A DNA stretch of 64,000 nucleotides. It comes from an uncultured Candidatus Rokubacteria bacterium (lineage in GTDB: Bacteria; Methylomirabilota; Methylomirabilia; Rokubacteriales; CSP1-6). A program made the translations under genes and the position numbers. The notes beneath the pieces were generated by a model. The model saw only the letters and a list, made by a program, of their open reading frames with translations, ran no database searches and was not told the origin of the DNA. The stretch spans positions 544,001-608,000 of the forward strand of contig CAVYTA010000007.1 of the NCBI GenBank assembly GCA_963771355.1, read 5' to 3'. Positions 19,321-29,295 of this stretch are shown piece by piece; position 1 is the first letter of the stretch, and every line of letters begins with the position of its first letter.

Positions 19321-20240
19321 ACAAGCTCGAGCGTGTGCGCGCGGCCCTGGCCGGGGCCCCCCTGGACCATCCGCCCTTCACCGTCTGGTACCACTTCGGC
19401 CTCCAGCATGCCTCCGCCGAGCGCATGGCCCAGGCCCACCTCGACTTCTTCGAGGCCTACGATCTGGACTGGCTCAAGCTGATGAACGACTACTCCTACC
19501 CGATGCCCAAGGGCGTGGAGACGCTCGATCACGCGGCGGACCTCGAGCGCCTGGGCCCGCTCGAGCTGGAGGAGACGCCGCTCGGCGCCCAGCTCAAGGT
19601 GATCGAGATCACCGCGCGGGCCCTGGCCGGCCGCGCGCTCGTGGTGGACACGCTCTTCAACGCCTGGAACACCCTGCGGCGCAACGTGGTGAAGGGCGCC
19701 ATCGACGACATGATGCGCGAGCATCCGGCCGCGCTCGGCCGCGCGCTGGGCGCCGTCAACGACAACCTCATCCGCTACGCACAGGCCGCGCTCCAGCGCG
19801 GGGCCGCCGGGATCTTCCTCTCCGTGCCCGCCTCCACGGAGTTCGTGAGCCGCGACCAGTACGAGCGCTTCATGCGGCCGTACGACCTGGCGCTGCTGGA
19901 GGCCATCCGGGGCCGGGGCACCCTCCACGTGCTGCACGCTCACGGCAACCACATCTTCTTCGACCAGATGATCGACTATCCCGTCCAGGCGCTGTCCTGG
20001 GCCGATCGCGACTCCGGCCCCACCCTGGGCGAGGCCCGCCGGCGCACGGACCTGGCCCTGATGGGGGGCATCAGCCAGGGGCGCTTCGCCTACGAGTCCG
20101 CCGCGCATATCCGCGGCCAGATCCGGGGCGCCCTCGCGGACGCGGGGCGCGAGAAGCTCTTCCTCGCCCCCGGCTGCGCGCTGCCCTCCTACACCTTCCC
20201 CGAGCTGATTCACGCCGCGCGCGACGCCGCCACGCGGTGA
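19317..20240 (+). CDS. Uroporphyrinogen decarboxylase-family protein (second paralog)
   Basis: ERVRAALAG, GAAGIF, VLHAHG, LSWADR, LAPGC. Confidence 0.82.
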   Translation: MNKLERVRAALAGAPLDHPPFTVWYHFGLQHASAERMAQAHLDFFEAYDLDWLKLMNDYSYPMPKGVETLDHAADLERLGPLELEETPLGAQLKVIEITARALAGRALVVDTLFNAWNTLRRNVVKGAIDDMMREHPAALGRALGAVNDNLIRYAQAALQRGAAGIFLSVPASTEFVSRDQYERFMRPYDLALLEAIRGRGTLHVLHAHGNHIFFDQMIDYPVQALSWADRDSGPTLGEARRRTDLALMGGISQGRFAYESAAHIRGQIRGALADAGREKLFLAPGCALPSYTFPELIHAARDAATR

Positions 20241-20752
20241 ACGTCTACCTCTCGGGCCTGATCGGCTCCGGGAAGACCACGCTCGGGCAGCGGCTGGCCG
20301 ACCGGCTCCATCGCCCGTTCCTCGATCTCGACCGCGAGCTGGACGCCGAGCTCGGCCGGAGCTTCCATGCGCTCGTGCGCGAGCAGGGGTGGCTGGCCTT
20401 CCGGGAGCGCGAGTACGAGATCGTCAAGCGCTTCGCCGCGGCGCGGAACACCGTCTGCGCCCTGGGCGGGGGCACCGTGCGCTACGCATGGAACCGCGAC
20501 GCGCTCCGCGGCACCGGAGTGACCGTCCTCCTCGAGGCGGAGCTGGCCACCCTCGCCGCTCGTGTCCGCGCCGCCGATCGGCCGCGCGTGAATCCCGGCA
20601 TCTCGCTGGAGGAGGACCTGGCCGCCATCTGGGCCGCCGCCGCGCCGCTCTATCGCGCCGCGGACCTCACCTATCGCACCGACGCCGGCCGCGGCGTGGA
20701 CGAGGAGGTCGAGGATCTGATTGCGCTGCTGCGCGGCCGCGGCCTCGATTGA
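20237..20752 (+). CDS. aroK: Shikimate kinase-family protein
   Basis: GLIGSGKTT, DLD, FRERE, LGGG motifs. Confidence 0.8.
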   Translation: MNVYLSGLIGSGKTTLGQRLADRLHRPFLDLDRELDAELGRSFHALVREQGWLAFREREYEIVKRFAAARNTVCALGGGTVRYAWNRDALRGTGVTVLLEAELATLAARVRAADRPRVNPGISLEEDLAAIWAAAAPLYRAADLTYRTDAGRGVDEEVEDLIALLRGRGLD

Positions 20753-20789
20753 CGGCCCGCGCGCGGCCATGCTATTCGAGGGGCGCCCC

Positions 20790-21998
20790 ATGACGACGAC
20801 TCCCCCCGGCGCGCTTCCGCTCGAAGGCCTGCGCGTCCTCGAGCTGGGCCACATCATCGCGGGGCCGTCGGCGGGCCTCCTGCTGGCCGATCTCGGCGCC
20901 GACGTGGTCAAGGTGGAGCGGCCCGGCGACGGCGATCAGTCGCGCACCATGCCCGCCGGCACCTCGGCCAACTTCCACTTCCTCAACCGCAACAAGCGCA
21001 GCATCACCATCGACCTGAAAGGGTCGGCGGACGGCCGCGCGCTCTTCGTGCGCCTGGTCTCGGCGTCCGACATCGTGATCGACAACTTCGCCCATGGCGC
21101 GGTGGAGGCGCTCGGGCTCGGCTACGACGTCCTCGCGCGCGCCAACCCCCGCCTCATCTACCTCGCGCTCAAGGGGTTTCTCCCCGGGCCGTACGAGGCC
21201 CGGCCCTTCCTCGACGAGCTGGCGCAGATGTCGGCGGGGCTCGCCTTCATGACGGGGCCGCGCGGCACGCCGCTGCGCGCGGGCGCGTCCATCGTGGACG
21301 TGGGCGCGGCGGCCTACGGCGTGATCGCAGTGCTGGCCGCGCTCCAGCAGCGGGCGCGCACCGGCACCGGGCAGAAGATCACCTCCGGCCTCTACGAGAC
21401 GACGGTGTTCTGGGTGGCGCAGTGGCTCGCCCAGTACGCGGCCACCGGCGAGCCGTCGGTGCCGATGCCCGAGATCCGCCAGGGCACGCGGATGGGCTGG
21501 GGTGTATACCAGCTCTTCACCGCCTCGGACGGCGAGCAGGTCTTCATCGGCATCACCTCCAACGGCCACTGGGAGCGCTTCTGCAAGGAGTTCGCCCTGG
21601 ACGATCTCCTGGCCGACGCGCGCCTGAACGACAATGCCAAGCGGGTGGCCGCGCGCGACTGGCTGCCCGCGCGCATCGGCGAGGAGATGGCGCGCCACTC
21701 CAGCGCGGCGCTCGCGGAGCGGCTGGAGCGCGCGCGGGTCCCCTTCGCGCCGCTGCGCCGGCCCGATCAGCTCGTGGACGATCCGCACCTCAACGCGGCG
21801 GGGCAGTTCATCGCCACTCCATTGCCGGGGCGGGGCCTGGCCAAGCTGCCCAAGCTCCCCATCCGCAGCACCGCCTTCGAGTTCGGCCTGCGCCGTCCCG
21901 CGCCGCATCTGGGTGAGCACACCCGCGAGGTGCTCGAGGAATTCGGGCTTTCGAAGGACGAGATTGATACCTTGGTCTCACGGAGGATCATCGGATGA
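20790..21998 (+). CDS. CaiB/BaiF class III CoA-transferase
   Basis: LEGLRVLEL, LADLGADVVKVE, NRNKRS, SIVD, APHLGEHT. Confidence 0.92.
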   Translation: MTTTPPGALPLEGLRVLELGHIIAGPSAGLLLADLGADVVKVERPGDGDQSRTMPAGTSANFHFLNRNKRSITIDLKGSADGRALFVRLVSASDIVIDNFAHGAVEALGLGYDVLARANPRLIYLALKGFLPGPYEARPFLDELAQMSAGLAFMTGPRGTPLRAGASIVDVGAAAYGVIAVLAALQQRARTGTGQKITSGLYETTVFWVAQWLAQYAATGEPSVPMPEIRQGTRMGWGVYQLFTASDGEQVFIGITSNGHWERFCKEFALDDLLADARLNDNAKRVAARDWLPARIGEEMARHSSAALAERLERARVPFAPLRRPDQLVDDPHLNAAGQFIATPLPGRGLAKLPKLPIRSTAFEFGLRRPAPHLGEHTREVLEEFGLSKDEIDTLVSRRIIG

Positions 21999-22978
21999 GC
22001 GACCTGCCGAAGCGCGTCAAGATCCGGGAAGTGGGCCCGCGCGAGGGCTTCCAGTTCGAGAAGGGCGCCATCACGCTGGAGGCGAAGATTTCCTTGGTCG
22101 ACGCGCTCTCCGCCACCGGCCTGGGGACCATCGAGTTCACCTCGTTCGTGAGCCCCAAGTGGGTGCCCCAGATGGCCGACGCCGAGGCGATGGTGGCCGG
22201 CATCCGCCGTGCGCCCGGCGTGGCCTACGAGGCCATCTGGCTCAACGTGGCCGGCCTCGAGCGGGCCGCGCAGCACCGTGACCGGCTCGCGCTACGCCCG
22301 CTGTTCGGCGTGGCCGCCACCGACACGTTCATGCGCAAGAACACCAACCGCAGCGTGGACGAGCGCCTCGAGGAGATGCCCAGCTGGGCGGAGCGCTACC
22401 GGGCGCTCGGGATGGACTGGCTCGACGTGGGCGTGATGGCGGCGTTCGGCTGCAACTACGAGGGCGACGTGGAGCCCCGCGCGGTGGTGGGCGTGCTCGA
22501 GAAGGTGGAGCGCAAGGCGCAGACCTGCGGCTCCCGCCTGGGCGGCATCGGCCTCGCCGACACCATGGGCTGGGCCAACCCGCTCCAGATCAAGCGTCTG
22601 GTGGGCGCGGTGCGCGAGCGCTGGCCGGCGGCGTCGATCAAGCTCCACCTCCACGACACGCGCGCCCTGGCCATCGCCAATGTGGTGGCCGCCCTGGAGA
22701 TGGGCATCGAGTACTTCGACAGCGCGGTGGCCGGCATGGGCGGCTGCCCCTTTGCCGCCCACAAGGGCGCCGCCGGCAACGTCACCACGGAGGACCTCGT
22801 CTTCCTCTGCCAGGAGATGGGCATCGAGACCGGCGTGGACCTGGACGCCATGATCGCGGCCGGCCAGCTCGCCGAGCGCGTGGTGGGCCACGAGCTGCCC
22901 GGCAAGCTCAAGTCGGGCGGCAACCTCGCCCGGTACCGCGCCCGCGCGAAGGCCGCGACCACCGCCGCCGCAGTCTGA
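21995..22978 (+). CDS. HMG-CoA lyase-family protein
   Basis: EVGPREGFQ, LADTMG, HLHDT, GGCPFA, GNVTTED. Confidence 0.9.
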   Translation: MSDLPKRVKIREVGPREGFQFEKGAITLEAKISLVDALSATGLGTIEFTSFVSPKWVPQMADAEAMVAGIRRAPGVAYEAIWLNVAGLERAAQHRDRLALRPLFGVAATDTFMRKNTNRSVDERLEEMPSWAERYRALGMDWLDVGVMAAFGCNYEGDVEPRAVVGVLEKVERKAQTCGSRLGGIGLADTMGWANPLQIKRLVGAVRERWPAASIKLHLHDTRALAIANVVAALEMGIEYFDSAVAGMGGCPFAAHKGAAGNVTTEDLVFLCQEMGIETGVDLDAMIAAGQLAERVVGHELPGKLKSGGNLARYRARAKAATTAAAV

Positions 22979-22983
22979 CGTTC

Positions 22984-23787
22984 CTAGAGGCGCGCGGCGA
23001 GGGCCGCCACGCGCTCACGCGCCGCCTCGTCGAAGCGCCGCGCGTTGCCCACGGCGCAGTTGTCGGCCATGTGCGCGGCGCTGCTCGTGGCCGGGATGCT
23101 CACGCTGACGCGCGGGTCGCTGATTCCCCAGTTCAGCAGGGTCTGGGCCCAGGTGCGCAGGCCGTAGTCCGCGAGGAAGCCGAGCTCGCGCGCGGCCGGC
23201 GCGCGGCGGGCGAGGGAGCCCTGACCCAGCGGCCGCATGACGACGACGCCGATATTCCGCGCGGCGGCCAGCGGCAGGAGGGTGCGCTCCACCTCGCGCT
23301 CCTGCGGGTTGAGCGGCACCTGGATGGCGGTCACGCGGCCGGTCTCGAGGATGCTCGCCATCTCGCCGAAAGCGCTGGCGCTATAGTGCGTGATGCCGAC
23401 GGCGCCCACCGTGCCCTTCTCGCGGAGCTCCTCGAGATAGGGCAGGTGCTCGCGCCACGCGACCAGATTGTGGATCTGGTAGAGGTCAACCCGGCCGCCG
23501 TACCACGCCAGCGCCTGGCGGATCTGCTCGCGCCCCTCGCGCGGCGAGCCGGCCCAGACCTTGGTGGCGATCTGCACCAGCGCGCGGCGGGGGCCCAGCG
23601 TCTCCGCCAGCACGCGCTCCGCGCGGCCGTACATCGGGGAGGAATCGAAGAAGGTGGCGTCCCCCGCCAGCGCGGCGTCGGTCACCGGACGGACGGCGAC
23701 CGGGTCACGCACGTCGAAGGTCTGCCAGGTGCCCATGCCGATGACCGGCACGGTGAGGCCGCTACCGCCCAGCGGGCGCCGCTCCAT
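22984..23787 (-). CDS. Aldo/keto reductase
   Basis: GMGTW, FDSSPMYG, IATK, DLYQIHN. Confidence 0.9.
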   Translation of the reverse strand: MERRPLGGSGLTVPVIGMGTWQTFDVRDPVAVRPVTDAALAGDATFFDSSPMYGRAERVLAETLGPRRALVQIATKVWAGSPREGREQIRQALAWYGGRVDLYQIHNLVAWREHLPYLEELREKGTVGAVGITHYSASAFGEMASILETGRVTAIQVPLNPQEREVERTLLPLAAARNIGVVVMRPLGQGSLARRAPAARELGFLADYGLRTWAQTLLNWGISDPRVSVSIPATSSAAHMADNCAVGNARRFDEAARERVAALAARL

Positions 23788-23845
23788 ATGGGCATTTTCT
23801 CATGTCCCTCTCATCGGGATCTCATGTGGGCTGTGGGAAGATGCC

Positions 23846-24241
23846 ATGGTGCGCGACGACGACTCGGAGGAAATTGCGGGTACGCTGGGCGTCTTCGGCT
23901 CGCCCCCTGTGGCGGCCAGCGCGCGCGTCCTGCGGCAGAGCCCGCAGCGCCGGACGCGCCGGGCGCTGGCGGCGCTGGGCGCCTGCTGGGCCGCGGCGGT
24001 TCCGTGCGTTTTCATGCCGCTGGCCCATTTCTTCCTCGTGCCGACCCTCCTGACCACCGGCGTCGTCCTCGCGGTCCTGCGCGCGCGAGAGGACACGCGG
24101 CTCCTCGGGGTGCACGGGCGCTGCCCGCGCTGCGGCGTGGAGCAGGAGTTCCCGGCCGGTGGGCGCTTCCACGGCCAACGATCGCTGGACTGCCCGCATT
24201 GCCACAACCACCTGACCTTCTCGGCGGCGGTGGTACCGTAG
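23846..24241 (+). CDS. Small 2-TM membrane protein with C-terminal CxxC...CxxC zinc ribbon
   Basis: Two hydrophobic helices then CPRC and CPHC; start uncertain. Confidence 0.7.
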   Translation: MVRDDDSEEIAGTLGVFGSPPVAASARVLRQSPQRRTRRALAALGACWAAAVPCVFMPLAHFFLVPTLLTTGVVLAVLRAREDTRLLGVHGRCPRCGVEQEFPAGGRFHGQRSLDCPHCHNHLTFSAAVVP

Positions 24242-24248
24242 CCATGAG

Positions 24249-24926
24249 ATGCGGATCCTCGTCGTGGAGGACGAGCGGAAGGTCGCGAGCTTCATCCGGC
24301 AGGGGCTGGCGGAGGAGGGGTATGCCGTCGAGCTGGCGGCCGATGGCGCCACCGCACTCGATCTGCTGACCGGCGGTCCGCCTTACGACCTCGTGGTCCT
24401 CGACGTGATGCTGCCCCGGCTCGACGGCCTCGGGGTCCTCAAGGCGGCACGGGCCAAGGGCGTGCCGACGCCGGTGCTGCTCCTCACCGCCCGCGATACC
24501 GTGGCCGACAAGGTGGCCGGGCTCGATCAGGGCGCCGACGACTACCTCACCAAGCCGTTTTCGTTCGACGAGCTGCTGGCGCGGGTGCGGGCGCTCCTCC
24601 GCCGCGGCCAGGGGCAGCGTGCGCCGGTGCTCCGCCTGGACGACCTCACCCTGGACCCGGCCACGCGAGAGGTCCGTCGCGGCGCGCGGCGCATCACGCT
24701 GACCGCGCGCGAGTACGCCCTCCTCGAATATTTCCTCCGCAGTATCGGGCGTGTCCTCACGCGCCCGATGCTGGCCGAGCACGTGTGGGGCCTCGACTTC
24801 GACCCCGAGAGCAATATCGTGGACGTCTACGTCGGCTACCTGCGGCGCAAGGTCGACGGCCCCGGCGAGCGGCGGCTGCTCCACACCGTGCGCGGCGCGG
24901 GGTACGTCTTGCGGACGGAGCCATGA
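24249..24926 (+). CDS. OmpR-family response regulator (CusR/CzcR-like)
   Basis: MRILVVEDE, LDVMLP, GADDYLTKPF, LHTVRGAGY. Confidence 0.93.
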   Translation: MRILVVEDERKVASFIRQGLAEEGYAVELAADGATALDLLTGGPPYDLVVLDVMLPRLDGLGVLKAARAKGVPTPVLLLTARDTVADKVAGLDQGADDYLTKPFSFDELLARVRALLRRGQGQRAPVLRLDDLTLDPATREVRRGARRITLTAREYALLEYFLRSIGRVLTRPMLAEHVWGLDFDPESNIVDVYVGYLRRKVDGPGERRLLHTVRGAGYVLRTEP

Positions 24927-26353
24927 GACTGCCGCCGGGTCTTCGCACCGTCCGGACGCGGCTCACTCTCTGGTACACGGGCCTCCTCCTCGTCATCCTC
25001 CTGCTGATGGGATGGCTCTCCTACGAGGTGCTGGCGTGGAGCCTGCTCCAGGACATGGACGCGTCCCTGGGCACGGTGGCCCAGGTGATCCGGGACACCG
25101 CCGACGCGCGCCAGGGCGGCAGTGCGGCGGAGACGCTGCTGCGCGAGCTGCTGGGCCCCGAGGTCTACGACAAGTTCTTCCAGTTCCGCGATCGCGAGGG
25201 ACAGCCGGAAGACCGCTCGGGCTTCCTGCGGGGCCGCTCGCTCCCGCTCTCGGCGCTGGCGCGTGACAACGCGCGACGCGGCGTCCGCACGCTGGAGACC
25301 CTGATGCTGCGGGGGGGCGAGCGGGTGCGGCTCCTCACCCTGCCCATCGTGCGCGACGGCCGGCTCGATCAGCTCGTGCAGGTGGGCATCTCGCTCGACC
25401 GCATGGAGGCCGCGCTCCGCCGCTATGTCCGCATCTACCTGGCGCTGGTGCCGGTGGGGGTGGGGCTCGCCGCGGTGGGCGGCGCGCTGATCGCGCGCGC
25501 GGCGCTGGGGCCCGTGAACGCGATGGCGCGCACCGCCCGCCGCATCACCGCGGAGGATCTCTCGCAGCGCATCCCCATCCGCGGCACCGGCGACGAGCTG
25601 GACTATCTCGCCGAGACCCTCAACGGCATGCTGGCGCGCCTCGAGCCGGCCTTCGGCCAGATGCGCCGCTTCACCGCCGACGCGGCCCACGAGCTGCGCA
25701 CGCCGCTCACCGCGCTCAAGGGCGGCATCGAGGTGGCGCTGCGCAGCGCCCGTGATCCGGAGGAGTACCGGCGCGTGCTCCGCGACAGCCTCGAGGAGGT
25801 GGATCGGCTCATCCGGGTGGCCGAGGACCTCCTGCTCTTCTCGCGCACCACCGCGGCGGGGATCGGCGCCGCGCGCGCCCATGTCGCGCTGGAGCCTTTG
25901 GTGCTGGAGGCGCTGGACACCGGAGCGCGGCTCGCGCAGGGCACGGGGGTGACGGTGCGGCTCGGCGCGGTGACGCCCGCGGAGGTGACCGGCGATGCCG
26001 ACGCCCTGCGCCGGGCGCTGCGCAACCTGGTCGAGAATGCCGTGAGGTATACGGCGGCGGGTGGCACGGTGGAGCTCGCGCTCTTGCGCGAGAAGGACGC
26101 CGCCGCCCTCGTCGTGGAGGACAGCGGCATCGGCATCGAGCCCGCCGACCTCGAGCGCATCTTCGAGCCCTTCGTGCGCCTGGACGAGGCCCGCTCACGC
26201 GCCAGCGGGGGCACCGGCCTGGGCCTGGCCATCGCGCGCGGCATTGCCGTGGCGCACGGGGGCTCGCTCACCGTGCAGAGCGCGCCCAAGGCGGGGAGCC
26301 GCTTCACCCTGCGCCTACCGCTGGCGATTGACATGCCCGCGCGGCCTTCCTAG
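24923..26353 (+). CDS. Sensor histidine kinase (2 TM, HAMP; CusS-like)
   Basis: AHELRTPL, NLVENA, DSGIGI, GTGLGL. Confidence 0.92.
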   Translation: MRLPPGLRTVRTRLTLWYTGLLLVILLLMGWLSYEVLAWSLLQDMDASLGTVAQVIRDTADARQGGSAAETLLRELLGPEVYDKFFQFRDREGQPEDRSGFLRGRSLPLSALARDNARRGVRTLETLMLRGGERVRLLTLPIVRDGRLDQLVQVGISLDRMEAALRRYVRIYLALVPVGVGLAAVGGALIARAALGPVNAMARTARRITAEDLSQRIPIRGTGDELDYLAETLNGMLARLEPAFGQMRRFTADAAHELRTPLTALKGGIEVALRSARDPEEYRRVLRDSLEEVDRLIRVAEDLLLFSRTTAAGIGAARAHVALEPLVLEALDTGARLAQGTGVTVRLGAVTPAEVTGDADALRRALRNLVENAVRYTAAGGTVELALLREKDAAALVVEDSGIGIEPADLERIFEPFVRLDEARSRASGGTGLGLAIARGIAVAHGGSLTVQSAPKAGSRFTLRLPLAIDMPARPS

Positions 26354-26356
26354 CGT
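26328..26356 (+). promoter_or_regulatory. Sigma-70-type promoter of TPR gene
   Basis: TTGACA-N17-TAGCGT ending 7 nt before GTG 26363. Confidence 0.55.
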
Positions 26357-26362
26357 GGACCG

Positions 26363-28393
26363 GTGGACCGATCCGAGGAGCGAGCGCCCGTGGACGAGCT
26401 GATCCGCCTGCTCCAGCGCGCGGCGGCCGCGCTCAAGGTCGGCCGGCATGCGGAGGCCGAGGCCCTCGCGCGCGCGGCGCTGGCGCGAGACCCTGCACGC
26501 GGCCCCGCCTACACGGCGCTGGGCGCCGCGCTCACCCAGCTGCGGCGTCCGGCGGAAGCGGAGGCCGCGTTCCGCGAGGCGGTCCGGCTCGGGTCCGGCT
26601 CCGCGTCGGCGCGCATCGACCTGGGCGACGCGCTCTTCGAGCAGGGCAAGGCGGCGGATGCCGAGGCCGAGTACTGCGCGGCGACGACGCTCGATCCGCG
26701 CGGCTTCCGCGGGCACTTCAAGCTGGGTCTGGCGCGGGAGCGTCAGCGCCGCTGGGAGGACGCGGCGGCCGCCTACCGCGTGGCGGCAGGCATCCGTCCG
26801 GAGCACCTCCTCGCCCAGATCCGCATGGGCCTCGTGTACCGGCGGCTCCGGCGCGGGCCCGAGGAGGAGGCGGCGCTTCGCCGGGCGGTCGCCCTGGCGC
26901 CCGCGAGCGTGGACGCGCAGCACAATCTCGGCCTGGCGCTCCTGCGCCAGGGGCTCCACATCGAGGCCGAGGAAACGCTGCGACGGGCCGCCACGCTCGC
27001 GCCGCGCAACGCCATCATCGCCGACGATCTCGGACAGGCGTTGACAGCCCAGGGGCGCCATGCCGAGGCGGCGGTGACCTGCCGGGAGGCGCTGCGCCTC
27101 GCGCCCGGACGGGTGAAGCCGCAGGTCCACCTCGCCAATGCGCTCCGGCGGCTGCGGCGCTGGCACGACGCCGCCCAGGCCTATCGGGCCGCCATCCAGC
27201 GCAAGGGCGACGACGCCACCTTGCTGGGCCATCTGGGCGTCACGCTCTGGCATGCGCGCCGCTACGGCGAGGCGCTCAGCGCGTTCCGTGAGGCGCAGCG
27301 CCTGGAGCCGCAGAATGCCGCCTGGCATGGCCGGGTCGCGCGCGTGCTCGAGCGCCAGGGCCGCGTTCCCGAGGCCGAGGCGGCCTTCCGCGCCGCCATT
27401 CGCCTGCGTCCCGGGGACGTCGGTCTCCGGCGCGGGCTCGCCGGCGTGCTTCGCCGCGAGGGCAAGTGGCTGGAGGAGGCCGAGGCACATCGCGCCGCCA
27501 TCGCGCTCCGACCCGACGATCCCAACGTGCACTATGATCTCGGCCTGGCGCTCTCCGCCCAGGGGCTGGACTTCCACGCGGAGGCGGCCTTCCGGGCCGC
27601 GGTGACGCTGGAGCCCGACACCGCCGACTTCCACGTGGAGCTGGGCATCGCGCTCGGCCGCCAGGGCAAGCACGCGGAGGCGGAGGCCGCGCTGCGCGAG
27701 GCGGTTCGCCTGGACCCGCTCGACATCGTGGCGCTGGGCAATCTCGCCGTCGGCCTCGGCCGGCAGGGACGCTACGCCCAGTCGGCGGCGGTGTACCAGG
27801 ACGCGCTGCTGATCAAGCCGGAGAACGCGGCGCTGCAGCGCGGGCTCGGCGTGGTCCTCTATCTCCAGGGCAAGTACGCGCCCGCGGAGGCGGCGTTTCG
27901 CGAAGCGGTACGGCTCAAGCCGGGTTACGCGAAGACCCATGCCTATCTGGGTGAGATGCTGAGCGAGCAGGGGCGGCCGGCGGAGGCGGCGGAGGCGTTT
28001 CGCGCCGCCATCCGCGCCAAGCCCGACAGCCCGGCCGCGCATCGCGGGCTGGGCGGCGTGCTCCTCGCGCAGGGGCTCCACGAGGCGGCGGAAGCGGCGT
28101 ACCGGGCGGCGCTACGCCTGCGCCCGGAGGAGGGCCAGAATCACTTCAATCTGTGGATGGTGCTCGAGCGCCAGGCGAAGCACGCCGAGAGCGAGGCCGC
28201 CTATCGCGAGGCCATCCGCCTCAAGCCGGATTTCGCCGAAGCGCATGCGCGACTCGGCTCGGTACTGCTCCGCGTGGGGCGCCTGGCGGAGGCGGAGGCC
28301 GCCTATGCCGAGGCGGTGCGGCTGCATCCGGACGACGCGCGATTCCGCAGCGGGCGCGACGCCGTCCGGCGGCGCCGGACCGCGGCGCCCTGA
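26363..28393 (+). CDS. Tetratricopeptide repeat protein (TPR-only)
   Basis: Many ~34-aa units with LG..L..QGR..EAEAAFREAVRL.P. Confidence 0.9.
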   Translation: MDRSEERAPVDELIRLLQRAAAALKVGRHAEAEALARAALARDPARGPAYTALGAALTQLRRPAEAEAAFREAVRLGSGSASARIDLGDALFEQGKAADAEAEYCAATTLDPRGFRGHFKLGLARERQRRWEDAAAAYRVAAGIRPEHLLAQIRMGLVYRRLRRGPEEEAALRRAVALAPASVDAQHNLGLALLRQGLHIEAEETLRRAATLAPRNAIIADDLGQALTAQGRHAEAAVTCREALRLAPGRVKPQVHLANALRRLRRWHDAAQAYRAAIQRKGDDATLLGHLGVTLWHARRYGEALSAFREAQRLEPQNAAWHGRVARVLERQGRVPEAEAAFRAAIRLRPGDVGLRRGLAGVLRREGKWLEEAEAHRAAIALRPDDPNVHYDLGLALSAQGLDFHAEAAFRAAVTLEPDTADFHVELGIALGRQGKHAEAEAALREAVRLDPLDIVALGNLAVGLGRQGRYAQSAAVYQDALLIKPENAALQRGLGVVLYLQGKYAPAEAAFREAVRLKPGYAKTHAYLGEMLSEQGRPAEAAEAFRAAIRAKPDSPAAHRGLGGVLLAQGLHEAAEAAYRAALRLRPEEGQNHFNLWMVLERQAKHAESEAAYREAIRLKPDFAEAHARLGSVLLRVGRLAEAEAAYAEAVRLHPDDARFRSGRDAVRRRRTAAP

Positions 28394-28416
28394 CCCCCGC
28401 ACTCGAAAGGATCGCC

Positions 28417-29187
28417 ATGCTCCAGGGCATCGACCATCTCGTCGTCGTGACGCGGGACCTCGACACCGCCATCGCCGGCTACCGCGCGCTCGGCTTCACG
28501 GTGACGCCCGGCGGCCGGCACGCGCGCGCCAGCCACAATGCGCTGGTGGCTTTCGCCGACGGCGCCTACCTCGAGCTCATCGCCTACTGGGAGGACGGCA
28601 GCGCGCATCGGTGGTGGCCGCCGCTCCAGAAGGGCGGCGGCCTGGTGGACTTCTGCCTCGCCACCGATGATCTCGACGCCGACCTGGCCGCCTTCCGCCG
28701 CGCCGGCGTCACCATGGAGGATCGGAGCCCGGGCGGCCGCGCGCGGCCCGACGGCTATCAGCTTCGCTGGAGCTCCGCCGCGCCGGCGCGCGCCCAGCAG
28801 GGCGTGGCGCCCTTCATCATCGAGGATGACACGCCACGGGCCGAGCGCGTGCCGCGCGAGACCACGCACGCCAATGGCGTCACCGGCGTCGGCGTGGTGA
28901 TGGTCGCGGTGGACGACGTGCCCCGCGTGGCCGGCTGGTACGCGGGCACCCTGGGCCGGCCGGGGGAGCCGGTGAAACGCGACGATCTCGGGGCCGCCGG
29001 CTACCGCTTCCGCGTGGGCCCGCACGCCCTGGAGTTCCTGGCCCCCGTGATCGCCGGGGCGGGGCCTCTGGCCGACTGGCTCACGCGCCGCGGCCCGTCG
29101 CCTTACGCGGCCACCCTCCTGGGCGGCGCCCCCAAGGGCCCGGTCGACCCCGCTCGCGCCCAGGCCGCGCGCTTCATCTTCGTCTGA
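28417..29187 (+). CDS. VOC / glyoxalase-like family protein
   Basis: IDHLVV, GGRH..SHNALV.F.DG.YLELI, PFIIED. Confidence 0.85.
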   Translation: MLQGIDHLVVVTRDLDTAIAGYRALGFTVTPGGRHARASHNALVAFADGAYLELIAYWEDGSAHRWWPPLQKGGGLVDFCLATDDLDADLAAFRRAGVTMEDRSPGGRARPDGYQLRWSSAAPARAQQGVAPFIIEDDTPRAERVPRETTHANGVTGVGVVMVAVDDVPRVAGWYAGTLGRPGEPVKRDDLGAAGYRFRVGPHALEFLAPVIAGAGPLADWLTRRGPSPYAATLLGGAPKGPVDPARAQAARFIFV

Positions 29188-29295
29188 GTACCACCAGCGC
29201 CAGTCGCCACGGGTCCCCGCTACGGCCTCGGCGCCGAGAGGAAGCGGTCCATCATGACGGCGCGCCCATCATAAACGATGGGTACGAGGAACGCG

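Noticed and set aside
26363..28393. CRISPR-like periodicity
   Set aside because: Repeats are degenerate, in-frame TPR coding units without identical repeats or unique spacers
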